Positions 39,501 through 50,500 of a DNA stretch of 64,000 bases are shown here, one piece after another (positions within the stretch are counted from its first letter, which is position 1; each line of letters starts with the position of its first letter). The notes under the pieces were generated by a model that saw nothing but the letters and a program-made list of their open reading frames with translations, had not been told where the DNA came from and did not search any database. The position numbers were made by a program, and so were the translations under genes. Origin of the DNA: Antedon mediterranea (Eukaryota; Animalia; Echinodermata); the NCBI RefSeq assembly GCF_964355755.1, contig NC_092672.1, positions 5,270,001 through 5,334,000 of the forward strand, in the 5' to 3' direction.

Positions 39501-42141
39501 CTTAATCAAAAATCAAAAAGTCATATTATAATGCATGGTTTAAAAAGATGTTTGTGCTCTGAAGTCTATGTAATAAAGGATTGACTTATATAACAACATA
39601 CACACTCAATTCTGTGCATAAGAGTAGGCCTACACAGTTCCTGCTGCTGTACATCATGTGTACTACGCTATAACATTTCAAGTTCACTTATCTTTCCTTC
39701 TATAGACTTGCCAAAAGAGATGCATAAATCAGTACATTAATGACATATGCAACTGTACGGATACATTAGTGGTTGAAGGAACACCATGCAACCTACTTGA
39801 AAAGGACCAAGGTAAACACCATACTGAACTTGCCAACTCCTAGGTACAACCAAAACCTGGTGTGGTACACGTATATCATGGTACAAAACACACCATAAGT
39901 ACAAGCTTTACTGTCTGAGATCAGCAAGTTTACCTCACCCATACATGTACAATATATCAATTGCATTCTATTGTGAATTCAATATAAAAGCATACTTAAA
40001 TGTTTTTTTTTAATCTTTAGATGTTTGCAGACAACTCATGAATCATTTTTACCAAAAAAATGCTCTTGGTTGCGATTGTCCGCAGTCTTGCGAGTAAGTA
40101 GAGCTATAGCTTGGTGGTTAAAATGCTTGCCTTCCAATCCCAAGGTCCAGGGTTCAATCCTGACCTAGTGCTAGGGTTGTAACTCACGACTCTTTTAACT
40201 CCACACCCTATGCATCAAACGAGACTTAGTTTATAAGCACGAGAAATTATAAAATAGTTCATTCTGTAAATGGAGAGTTGCTCGCTGTTAGATGCATATA
40301 AAGGTATTTGTATTAATTACTTTGTGAAAGTTCATTTTAAAATATTCAATAATTACTTAGCAGATGTTGGCCTAAAGTGTTATTTTTCTCAGATATTCTA
40401 TTAGTTACCAGCTAAGTTGTTTTTTTCAGTGAGGTTTACTATTCAATAACTCAATCGCAATCATTGTGGCCTTCAAATATATACTTGGTAAGAACTATCT
40501 ATATTAAGATTTAGTTTTTTTTAGTTTGTTGGTTCACATTTGGAGAAAAAAATGCATTATGAATTTTCGTTTTGTTTATATTGATGAATTTTTCCTTGAT
40601 AGAGAAGGATAGAGGTCGCCTAATGCAATGCTCCCTTTGTAATTATTACACCACGCTCTGTCTACACTACCAAACTAGTTTGAAAAAGTGTGATGTGCAC
40701 AAATATGGTAGTGATATGCCCAAATATGGTAGTGATATTACATCATCATGTCCATATATGGGCACATCACATTTTGTTGTCATATAAAGTTTGATAGTGT
40801 AGACCAAGCTTAACAAATGTTAGAAGTGAATAAGAAACCATGTTTATGTCTGTGCAAAATGTAGCTCATTAGATACACATTTTTCTACCCTACTGACACA
40901 ATTCAAAGTCATCATCATCTTAAATGCTAATTTAAGAAGTACGTTTTTGAGCAAGCATATGTATAAGTAATCTTTCTTTATTGTAGGACTCATTAAAGAG
41001 GATCATCCATACAGAAAACAGCAAGACTAAAGCCTTACAGACTAAGGAAGATATTAGGTAAGTACGTGTATGAATAACATGTAGCAGCCATTCTGAACAG
41101 AGGTGTATCTAAGGCCTTTCTTTGACTCAAAATTACCCTACTAAATTCATATGTTGACTATACTGGGACCTTTGCATTTTGTGTCATTGGTTGTCATCGA
41201 GACCTGGAATCGGCCAAAAGGAATCTAGTAAGGAAGCACACTCCAATAGTGAGTGTCAGAATACACATCTTGCATCAACTAGGTAATTTCAAATCGTCCT
41301 CTAAATGAAAGGCTACAGCTCTGTTACCACTTTAAAATGCCTGTAATTTAGCATCTTAAATGTCCAACCTTTAGAGGAGGTGAGGACATTGTTATCTCAT
41401 CCTTTTAGTTGAGTAAATATTTTAAAAATATTTATGATTTTTATTTATTTTATCAGAGAAAACCTTGTTAGACTTGAAATTTACTATGAAGAACTGAACT
41501 ATGAGAGTACTGTGGAATCATCAGCTTATGGGGTAGGACACAATGTCTTATTTTTTACAGGCTTTATACAGTAGTGTTACTAAGCAACTACAAGTGTCAA
41601 AGTATACAAAAACTACAGTACAGTAGAACACCTATTATGGGACACCTTCTAAACAGTATCCATTAAATTTAATAATAGTGTCATCCCCTGAATATGGGTT
41701 GGCTATAGTGTTAATATATACATTGCCCCTTAGTATTATGGATGTGGTTGAGTAGTAGCCCCTTGTCAGTTTCATGAAATAGTGTGTCCTTTTAATGGAG
41801 ATGCCCTGAATAGGGGTGTACTAAAGGAGGGGTCCCACTGTAACTACTTGCTATCTTCTAATGTTATTAACATCTTGCGTTTTTAGGCTCCAGACCTTTT
41901 TAGCGATTTAGGAGGAACCGCCGGGTTATATCTCGGCCTCTCCGTCATCAGTATTCTCGAATTCTTTGAGCTAGCCTACGTTATCATTCAGTACATGTGT
42001 CGACAACTTAAAACCGGCGTGCAGAAGCGAATAGAAGCGGCGAATAAAATGGATCACGAGAAAATGGAAAGCCAGCGACCATATAAGCGACCTCAGGAAC
42101 CACCGCATTGTTATTATAATTATAAGTCTAAATTCAGATAA
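12560..42141 (+). CDS. Gene A: giant DEG/ENaC (amiloride-sensitive sodium channel family) subunit with LDLa x16, SEA x3, mucin, acidic repeats and EGF inserted in the ectodomain (~3416 aa)
   Basis: GT-AG exons read by eye with consistent phases: 12560-12654, 12826-12915, 13714-13785, 14091-14180, 14942-15028, 15193-15643 (TM1), 16126-16267 (FPKVTICN), 16524-16643, 18455-18577, 19177-19287, 19937-20110, 20786-20947, 21868-22161, 22563-22687, 23233-23455, 23885-24799, 25146-25297, 26808-27030, 27543-27790, 28312-32257, 32446-32562, 33124-33237, 33750-33875, 34382-34492, 35172-35297, 35537-35647, 35836-35955, 36368-36502, 36804-36923, 37625-37925, 38249-38352 (YGNCFTFN), 38791-38954 (GLKLTL), 39241-39360, 39706-39811, 40021-40093, 40430-40487 (WPS), 40987-41057, 41457-41532, 41887-42141 (TM2 [23 protein letters not shown]). 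The total is 10251 nt, a multiple of 3. The start and a few acceptors (19937/19943, 25146/25158) are ambiguous. Confidence 0.9.
13200..13333. mobile_element. MITE family 1 copy with TTA TSD
   Basis: TTA|AGCTCTGTCTACACTATCAAA...TTTGATAGTGTAGACAGAGCT|TTA. A 3-bp TWA TSD is typical of PIF/Harbinger. Confidence 0.88.
14207..14753. mobile_element. Non-autonomous DNA transposon, Kolobok-like (TTAA target, AG terminus)
   Basis: TTAA|AGATGTATTGTCCCT...AGGGACAATACATCT inverted termini. The right-hand TTAA is degenerate. A related end sits at 32761. Confidence 0.6.
15193..16267 (+). CDS. Gene A exons encoding pre-M1, TM1 and the post-M1 DEG/ENaC signature
   Basis: [17 protein letters not shown]...[29 protein letters not shown]|[25 protein letters not shown]. 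Confidence 0.92.
16524..22161 (+). CDS. Gene A LDLa modules 1-6 (one phase 1-1 exon each)
   Basis: Six-Cys LDLa consensus with DCxDxSDE-type acidic motif, e.g. [36 protein letters not shown] and [35 protein letters not shown]. Confidence 0.92.
16775..18362 (-). mobile_element. Non-autonomous Helitron (same family as 4110-6836) in a gene A intron
   Basis: The minus strand reads A|TCTATATATAAATTTACG...hairpin...ATCTAG|T. It has an internal ~228-bp duplication (17168-17625) and a 27-bp triplication (17999-18081). Confidence 0.88.
19490..19700 (-). mobile_element. tRNA-derived SINE (family S1), reverse orientation; related copies at 21320-21800 and 37095-37305
   Basis: The minus strand begins GTGAGTGGCCGAGCGGTTAAG (A-box-like). 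The body GTACACTGGACCTAC..GTCCTTATCTGAGAAGACT is shared between copies. Confidence 0.6.
20119..20279. mobile_element. MITE family 1 copy, inserted 8 nt after a splice donor
   Basis: Family-1 TIRs and core directly after GTAAGTAA. Confidence 0.8.
21432..21688 (+). mobile_element. tRNA-derived SINE (family S2) nested inside an S1 copy
   Basis: A-box TGGCTTGGTGG, B-box GGTTCAAGTTCC and an A-rich tail (CAAAA)n. It splits the S1 sequence GTCCTTATCTG|AGAAGAC with ATCTG duplicated. A reverse copy lies at 34597-34853. Confidence 0.7.
22563..23455 (+). CDS. Gene A SEA domain 1 (two exons)
   Basis: RVFDGTLAV...[23 protein letters not shown]|LQAEY...[19 protein letters not shown]. This is the SEA pattern with the F-x-x-G-S-I-I-V motif. 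Confidence 0.85.
23885..24799 (+). CDS. Gene A LDLa 7 plus Thr/Pro-rich mucin-like stalk (PTTxx pentapeptides)
   Basis: ORF 23857-24828: CQNGDFSC...[16 protein letters not shown], then about 45 degenerate PTT(E/V/M/I)x units. Confidence 0.9.
24856..25015. mobile_element. MITE family 1 copy with TTA TSD
   Basis: TTA|AGCTTTGTGTACACTATCAAAC...GTTTGATAGTGTAGACAGGGCT|TTA. Confidence 0.82.
25146..27030 (+). CDS. Gene A SEA domain 2 (two exons)
   Basis: [35 protein letters not shown]|LEGVF...[21 protein letters not shown]. Confidence 0.87.
25712..26691. repeat. 29-bp minisatellite (~30 copies) enclosed by 18-bp inverted repeats
   Basis: Unit ATATTTAAGTATTTCACTTAACTCAATAG from about 25752 to 26610, flanked by CAGTGGCCGTATTCACCA and TGGTGAATACGGTCACTG. 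Confidence 0.92.
27543..28560 (+). CDS. Gene A LDLa 8 plus divergent SEA domain 3
   Basis: [35 protein letters not shown], then [35 protein letters not shown]|LQETL...[20 protein letters not shown]. The phase-0 intron position matches SEA1 and SEA2, but the GS motif is absent. Confidence 0.75.
28576..32185 (+). repeat. Coding acidic tandem repeats in the 3.9-kb exon of gene A
   Basis: About 34 x 42 nt ([14 protein letters not shown]), about 12 x 42 nt ([14 protein letters not shown]) and about 36 x 45 nt ([15 protein letters not shown]). The frame is open throughout and followed by RRKKR. Confidence 0.95.
32446..36923 (+). CDS. Gene A LDLa 9-12, EGF-like module, LDLa 13-16 (15 degenerate)
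   Basis: Phase 1-1 exons. The EGF exon 35172-35297 reads [36 protein letters not shown]. Confidence 0.88.
34000..34221 (+). mobile_element. tRNA-derived SINE with Deu/Nin-like core and 12-bp TSD
   Basis: A-box TAGCCGAGTGG, B-box GGTTCAAATCC, core CTCAGCTGTATATGAGTACCTG..GGAACTGGCCACC. TCTTTACTGTAA sits on both sides (33988-33999, 34222-34233). A degraded copy lies at about 58370-58600. Confidence 0.8.
34597..34853 (-). mobile_element. tRNA-derived SINE family S2, reverse copy
   Basis: Reverse complement of 21432-21688, with a triplicated GATCCATCCAGCAATTGCT segment. Confidence 0.7.
35970..36300. repeat. Degenerate (GACT/AACT)n microsatellite
   Basis: Runs of gactgact/aactaact. Confidence 0.7.
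37412..37575. mobile_element. MITE family 2 copy
   Basis: GTGGTTCCCAC...GTGGGAACCAAGCT with a largely palindromic interior. Confidence 0.7.
37625..42141 (+). CDS. Gene A C-terminal channel core (finger end, palm, beta-ball, thumb, knuckle, TM2)
   Basis: [15 protein letters not shown]; YGNCFTFN; [13 protein letters not shown]; AGVRVAI; CQKRC...CNC...C...C...CDCPQSC; SLWPS; [16 protein letters not shown]; [25 protein letters not shown]. Confidence 0.95.
39087..39212. mobile_element. MITE family 1 truncated copy
   Basis: Left TIR and core present, right TIR mostly lost. Confidence 0.65.
40655..40811. mobile_element. MITE family 1 copy
   Basis: GCTCTGTCTACACTACCAAACT...AGTTTGATAGTGTAGACCAAGCT. 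Confidence 0.8.
41621..41840. mobile_element. Tc1/mariner-type MITE (TA TSD, CAGT termini)
   Basis: TA|CAGTAGAACACCT...GGGGTCCCACTG|TA. Related GGGACACC/GTGTCCC fragments at about 1830, 3493-3590, 9395-9500 and 51247-51331. Confidence 0.6.
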
Positions 42142-43076
42142 AGTGATTGAAAAAGTATATTTTTTTATGATCAAGTATAACCAGTTGGGTAGGTTAAACT
42201 ATTTCGAAAGGCATTACATCAAAAAGTGGAGAAATTTGGAGGCTATAATATAAATGATCTAAAACTGCGGTTAGATAACGTTTACATTAAGTTCCGACGT
42301 TCGAAGATTTACAAGGAAAAATAGTAATGTTTATACAACCATAAATTTTTTCGGTTTACATTAGTTAGAATAAAAGATCACTATTAACATATATTTGCAT
42401 ATTCAAATTTTGCCGCAGTCATGTAAACATACCCTAGACAGCTCCCTATAATATACTTGAGTAGGCCTAATATTGACAGCCACAATAAAATATTTTGGCA
42501 ACTTATTATTTATATACGTAAACTATTTATAGATTTATTCTATACAATATAGATACAATAATAAATTGAACTGAATATAGAAATATTAATAACTTCCATT
42601 TGCATATATATACATAGTGAAAAAAGTCAGCTATAATGTTTACCTACTGCGCAATTTTATAATTAATTTCTATAACTAGATGAAACTTACATATTTTGAC
42701 GTTGATTCATTAACTGCCGCTAAAACACGATGTCTAAAGAGTGTAACACAAACTTTAAGGGTTTATTAATTGTTAGACAGAATATATCCCGCATTTCTAT
42801 AGGCCCTAGGGCAATAATATTCGTAAAATTGTTTAAAAGAATACTAACAAATGGAATATATTTCAAAATAGAAATGAATTCTACATTGATTTTATAGCGC
42901 AAAAATAGTTTACAAATGTATTCAAAATAGGTAAAGCAATTATTGAATAAATTTTACTTTTATATAATCATGATTACGGTAAGAAAAGATTTCTATTTAT
43001 AACTTACTGGGGATTATATATATAGCGAACCATGCTTTTACAGAAACCCGCTTACAATACACTTTTACCATTATTA

Positions 43077-43231
43077 GGCTCTGTCAACACTATCAAACTT
43101 TATGTGACAAAATGTGTCCATATATGGACATGATGATGTTATACTACCATATTTGAGCAACCATTACCTATCACTATATTTGGGCACATCACACTTTTTT
43201 GTCAAACAAGTTTGATAGTGTGGACAGAGCT
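43077..43231. mobile_element. MITE family 1 copy with TTA TSD, between the two channel genes
   Basis: TTA|GGCTCTGTCAACACTATCAAACT...AGTTTGATAGTGTGGACAGAGCT|TTA. Confidence 0.85.
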
Positions 43232-44507
43232 TTAGTATTAGCGCGTTACGGTTTCTGACGTCAAAAGGTAGTCATTGATCGAACTTTAGAAATATTAGAA
43301 CGTGGATGACAAGCTATTTGACAACAGCCTAGGTCTAAATAAGTACAACTAAAGTAAAACTATTTATAAAAATCTAGCGATATGTAACATTATTATATAC
43401 ATATGTACATTATAGTAATAATAATCATAGACTATATTATATGATAATTAAAAAATAAAAATATATTTTAATCTATTTTGTTGAGTTTTTTTAAATTTAC
43501 ATAAAAGAAAAGCACAACATAAAAATATTTAAAATGAAATACAAATAAAGACAATTTAAATTAAATATACCTGTAAGTACAATTTCACCGCGTTTACTAT
43601 TTCACACCTCTGTTTAAAAAAAAAAATTCACAAGCTATTGGGTCGTGCGGGTTACGAGAAATAAAACAACGTTTAAGAGTTTTTAATTATATTAGAGGTG
43701 GGTTGTTCCCACGAAACACAAACAAAAAAATAAATATAACGTTTTAATAATTGATTGCCGAATGCGATGAACAGTTACAACTTCCTGGTTTTACCATGTG
43801 CGATGCTAACGATATGGAAATAGAAAGAATCTTTTAGTAGAGTTAGAACTATACTGTCTACAGTATAACGTGAATAAAAAATAAAAGTTAAATTGCTAAA
43901 TTTACGATACGTTGTTCTAAAATTTCAGGTACCCCCGTAACAGAGTGCACCCCCTATTGAATTACAAATGACGTCACAGTCTAATTTGCATTGCGATCCG
44001 CCCATATTTTTTGGATATAAATTGCATTTATGTTGTGCTATACAGGTAGTCATACACACATCGAATATATACATAGCTTTGGTAAATAGCAGTATAAATA
44101 GCCTAACTAACTAGTTTATATTGATTGGTACAGAACATGCGTACTACAAATCGATCATTTTGCCTTGCAGATGCAATATGATATTGTTTGAGGTTTGCTA
44201 ATGAGTTATGATAACTTATGACTTATTACGATTAAATAGCATACCATATGTTGATTCCCGTAGGTAGCTCAATTCTTACTTCACACCATGGATATGACTA
44301 ATGAACATTCATGTTAATTTTGTGACGTTTCATGAGGGGGTTCCCAACTTATGTACGAAAAGAAATATCGCTACCTGTCAAGATAAATAAAAGCGGAATT
44401 GAGTCGGGCAATAGAAAATACTTGTTTTGCAATAATTTATTCGGACGGATCGGCGTCATCCAGACGTTTTGGATGTTAATTTCTATTTAGAGTACCGGTA
44501 GCCAGTT

Positions 44508-47500
44508 TCATACTGTAAGATCATCACAGCGACTGTTTTTAGCGCCTACACTGTGGTATCGCTTCATTTGCTTCACAAGTTGAAAAAGTAGTTCGAGAAA
44601 TTCACAAAAGCTGATGAATGAAATTCCAATGTACAAACCAGCCGTCCCACCGATGTCACTGAACAAACTTTCAACCTTTAAACAATAATACAATGTGATG
44701 TCAAAAATAGTAGAAATACAGAATAAGCAAAACCATAATTAAATTAGCGCATTTAAAAATAATTGTAAAGCTCTGTCTACACTATCAAACTAGTTTGACA
44801 AAAAAGTGTGATGTGGCCAAATATGGTAGTGATATGCCCAAATATGATAGTGATATGACATATCATTTCCATATATGTGCACATCACATGAAGTTTTATA
44901 GTGTAGACAGAGCTTAATATTGTGAACATTGATTCACATTGTCAATGTCAGTTATTGTTATGTCAAATTACATCATCGTTAGATGTGTCGATTAGTATTT
45001 ACGTACACATACTCATCGTGATTATTATTAAAGCTTGGTTCCTACCAGGACGTAACGCAACGCAAAGTTATTTGACCAATCTCAAGCGATGGATTATTCG
45101 AAAAGTCGCGTGTGATTGGTCAACTCGCTTGCGTTGCGTCTACGTCCTTGTGTTGCGTCCTAGTGGGAACCAAGCTTTTAGTTCCAATTGTCATCGGTAG
45201 TAATTGCTATACCTGATATGCTGGTTCTTGTACGGTACTTTCGAAGTTTAATTCCTCAAAGTATATCGACAGTCTAGCAATATTCTCTCTGAAATTATAA
45301 GAACATGAAAAACAAGTTATTACAATATGATGTTTAATGATTCTGTATGGTGACACCTGTGTCTGACCTACTGTAGAATCCGTAATACCAATCAAATTAA
45401 GGGGAGGGGGGGGGGGGGTTTCATCGGATCTAACCAACCTGAAGTGACTACGGGAGCAGAGGACGCTGGCAAGTGACTGGTGTTGGTGCGGCCATCACCG
45501 AAAACGACGTACAAAAAAAAGCTCTTAGAAGGTAATTGTTTTCGTTTGTTTCTACAGTTTAACATGTATGCGTTACTTTAGGTTCGTTTGTATAAACACT
45601 ACGTACTTAACATTTACACCACCCACATTTGAATGTTTTGTATTTGTTCCTTAGGATCAGCAACGTGTAACCAAGATGCTCCCGTCATGGTATTTACCCA
45701 CAGAAGCTTAGTAGAATATTGTCAGTAGGAAGGTACGCTTACGCTTATTATGCCTTATTATGCCAATCTCTGTCTACACTTTTTTTTTATCAAACTAGAT
45801 TGATATTTAAAACTAGCTTGACCCAAAAAAGTGTGATGTCCCAAATATGGTAGTCGTGTCTATATATGGGCACATCACATTTTGTCACATTAAGTTTGAT
45901 ATTGTAGACAGAGACTACGATATCGTATTATACGGTACCATTGCCATCTAGGCAGATCCATGTTGAACGAACGATTTGAAAATGTTTATTGTATATATAG
46001 AACTATTATGTCATTACCTGACGGATGCCATATCATTGAGACCGTTCGTCTTTTTGTTAATGTTATGGATACTTTTCAATAAGTGTTTCTATGGAAAACA
46101 AATCATACCATTTTTAACAATTTAGAAGTATATACAAACATCAGTACAGTATTGCCAATACTACAAAGAATCGCAAAAAAAGAACCATATTAGTAAGTAC
46201 AGTCGACATACTAGATAAACCTCCGAAGGCCAAAGAGATTGTGATACTGTCTTTGAATAGTATTCTTCACTGAAATCGAAAAAAAATAAATAAGTTAGCC
46301 TAGTCGTTAACCATAATTTATCATAAAACTATCTGTATAATAGTTCGCGTATTATATCAACTTACTGTTAGGCTACATAGTCTATCGATCTGCTAAATAC
46401 TACGATTATTTCTGCTACTCTAGACCGTGGAATTTAATCTTAAAACCCCAAAATATCGTATGGATTTTGATTAGGAGATTTTTACTCAATACAATCATTG
46501 CCATTAATGCATTTACCTGCACTGTTGTTTACAATCGCATCCAAGGAGCTGTCGTTGGTAAAAGAAATACATAAGTTGTTTGCAAACATCTGAAATGGTT
46601 AAACACATCAGAAGCAAGTTTAGTAACAAATCCTAATAGTCCTACTATAGTAAAAATAAAGAAAACCTGTCTCGAAACTGTACCTTGTTCTTTGTTTAAA
46701 ACACGACATCTTTCACCTTTCAACGAAACGGCATCGGAACACCCACACTCTTCAGCAATTTTCACAAGTACGCAACTTTTTTCACATGTCTAAAATAAAA
46801 AATACAGATACTGTACACACTAATTGAAGGTTCTGTGTTCTTCAGATAATACCACCGTCTTTAGCGGTTGTCAAGTGGTTTGGAACGAAAAACGGATCTG
46901 TCTTTGACAGTAAAAGTATACTTGCCTTTCTGTCATAGCCATATACATACTTGTTAACACCATATGCTTGGTTGATCATATCATGGTACCTCTCATTACC
47001 CTCTGACGAGCAGTTTCCGTACGGTTTACCAAGTTTAGTAACGACATTCTAGAAGAAGAAGGAAAACAATTCTGAATTGAAAAACTCGTCTGTCCTCTAA
47101 CATTCTGGTTAGGCCTATATTTGAACCAAATTCTCGCCACTGCTCTTGTTCCGCTACATAGTTGATTGTTGTTAAATACTTACATATCTCAAACTTAGGG
47201 ATGTAATAACGCCTGGCCTGATGGTGATGCCTTCGTCTTCTGGAAACTTCAGCCTATCACTGTTATCGACAACAACGCGTACACCCGCTTCGCCGCCATA
47301 GATGCTGATGTACTCCTCTTGTTCCGTGAACAGAGTCAGCTTAAGACCTACGAGATTGCAATGAAGAGATTATCTAAAAAGGGCAAATACTGACATTACT
47401 TATCAACAGCTAATTTTATTCTTTAGAAACTGTTTATTTTAATCATCATTGTTTTTCTTTTACCAAATTTTGCTCCAGTCCGTGTTGAGTTTCTGACTGA

Positions 47501-50500
47501 TTCTCCATTCTGTCCATGATTGAAGACAAAACAATTTCCATATGCATCATTTTCAAAATGACTAAAATCTCTGGAAAATACAACAATTTTTGACTAGCTT
47601 GAGAATGATATGTTTAAATATAGACCGTGTCACGTGTGGATACTGTCTGACTTAATGCTGTTCAGACGAGAAGTCTACCGAAATCTCCGCTTCAGTTGTG
47701 TTAAATATTTCCATTTTGACGCAAATAAAGCAGTTGATTCTCGGTACTGTATCTATAGGAATATGGTGTAATACGGTATAGTAGTATCATATCATATGTG
47801 GTATAAATAGATAGTATGTGGAATTACAGCTCTGGGAATCGGGTGAATAAAGGATGATGTAGGCCTACGCTTCTCGTTCGTCCTTGCGAAAGACTTCCTA
47901 GTAGTAAGAACCAAGCAGCATTACCTTATCGAACACTGATTTTGATCAAAAGTACACTGTAAGATAAAATCATTCGCCTGGTGCCCATGTTCATCAATAT
48001 CCTCTTTTGTTAGTTTAAGAACATCTTCTAAGTCACTGTAATCCGGGGTCGAACTGAATGACATGAATCCGTACCAATCTGGTGGAAGTTCACCTTTGAC
48101 CCTCTCGAAGTCACGTTTCTTGTAGAAAGCGTCGATAAATTCCTCGTAAATCTTTTCGTCATCTGTTATATGTTCGTACTTTGTGTGCCAACCCTTCGGA
48201 AATGTGTCTGTGCTTACGTTTGCTGGTGAAATAATAGTAATTTGTTGATTAGTTGAAGAGGGAAACAACATTTACAAGTGTAGACATTGAATTGCTGTAT
48301 AAAACAAAAATTGACAAATTGGTGTTCGAAATACAATTATAACGTATTCGTTAATTACGTTGAATTCAGACACTTTTGTCGTCTGTAACGGCAACACCTG
48401 AGATGTAATTAGTCGATCTTTACCCGAGTTGATGCAACGTTTGATGCAGAATACTGTTGACAGTAGATTCAGCTGTCAGCAATGCATCATTTTAGTACAA
48501 ATTCGTTGCGCTTCCCTGAGTTTATGTAACGTATACTGCTCAGTTGCCGAGGTGGTATATCCTAAACACTAGAATTACCTTAAGTGAAATTAGTTATTAT
48601 TACCTGAGTTTATGCAATCTTCTTCGTCACTTTGATCAAAGCAGTCAAATATCGAGTTACATCTGCTGTATTCATGTATACATTTACCAGATCCGCACCT
48701 AAAATATCGCTCTGGACAAGAGTCTACAAAATAAGGATTATGTCACTTATTAGAACGGGACCGACTTTCACATAGATTAGGGTGTTAGTCTTAGACAGTA
48801 GTACTAATTTACCTGTAATGTTTGTTGTGCAGTAAGAAGGTGTTTCATCAGAGTTTAAACTACAATCGCTGTTGCCGTCACACTCAAGCAGAGCATCAAT
48901 GCATCGATCTTCTAAGTGACACTTTATCTCTCCGGGATCACACACTGAAATGAAGGAAAATGTAAATTCAATGAACATAAAGAGTGGTTCCCACTGACGC
49001 AAGGACGTTAATGCAACGCAAGTAAGTTGACCAATGAGAATCGACAGTTAAGTCTCAAGTGGAAACCAAGGATTAACGATACTAACACCCGTAAAACGAA
49101 GATAGAAATACGTTCTCGTTCAGACAAATTATTGCAAGGCCGGATTACGTTATAACACAGTAATAATAATATAGTTACATACTGGATTCGACTGTTCCGC
49201 ACAGGTACTCATCGCTACCGTCTGAACAATCTGGAAAGTTGTTGCATTTCATCCAGTGTTCAATGCATTCCCCAGACTCGCAGCTAAACCCAGACGTACA
49301 TACTATAAAGATATAGGTTACGTGATGATTATAATATGTTCACTACCGAAATTATTTATTTGAATAGTGCCTCTTCAAAAGTCAACGTGCATATTATACT
49401 GAAATTTGTAATCACATTTTAAACATCATAACGTTTTACTTTCTTGTGATTTATTCATAAATATGATGTATGAAATGATTATATGCTTAAGTATACTCAC
49501 TTGGTGATACCGTGCTAACTGATGCTGGTACTTCTGTTGTTGCATTGGATGACTCATTAGCACCTCCAAAGTCAGTAGAGGTATAATAGTCAATACTTCC
49601 ATTACCATAGCTGTCGTCGGCAAATCGCCTGCGTCTTACTGGAGCTGAATCAAAGTCGGTACTGGATTCAGATTCGTTGTCCGAGCCCGGTAAATCAGTT
49701 GCAGACTCTGATTCAGACATCGACTCGTCTGTAGAGATGTCAACTGACTCAGTTGTGATCTCAACATCAGGTGTATTACCTGACTCATTGTCAGAAGATT
49801 CAGCTGGCTCTGTTACGGAATCTTCTGGTTCAGATGTCCAATCAGTTGATGAATCTATTTCAGATGTATCACCCGGTTCAGTTACTGAATCGTTGTCAGA
49901 AGATTCGGCTGGTTCTGTTGCTGAACCTTCTTGCTCAAATACCGAGTCAGTTGCTGAATCTATTTCAGATGTATTACCCGGTTCAGTTACTGAATCGTTG
50001 TCAGAAGATTCGGCTGGCTCTGTTGCGGAACCTTCTTGCTCAGATGCCGAATCAGTTGCTGAATCTATTTCAGATGAATTGCCCGGTTCAGTTACTGAAT
50101 CGTTGTCAGAATATTCAGCTGGCTCTGTTACGGAATCTTCTTGTTCAGATGCCGAGTCAGTTGCTGAATCTATTTCAGATGTATTACCCGGTTCAGTTAC
50201 TGAATCGGTGTCAGAAGATTCGGCTGGCTCTGTTGCGGAACCTTCATGCTCAGATGCCGAATCAGTTGCTGAATCTATTTCAGATGTATTGCCCGGTTCA
50301 GTTACTGAATCGTTGTCAGAATATTCAGCTGGCTCTGTTACGGAATCTTCTTGTTCAGATGCCGAATCAGTTGCTGAATCTATTTCAGATGTATTGCCCG
50401 GTTCAGTTACTGAATCGTTTTCAGAAGATTCAGCTGGCTCTGTTACGGAATCTTCTTGCTCAGATGCCGAGTCAGTTGCTGAATTTATTTCAGATGGATT

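Noticed and set aside
42090-42125. Nedd4-binding PY motif in the gene A C-terminus, and a functional link to the neighbouring RING ligase
   Set aside because: The sequence is PPHCYY, not PPxY. RNF34/RFFL is not a WW-HECT ligase, and adjacency alone is not evidence.
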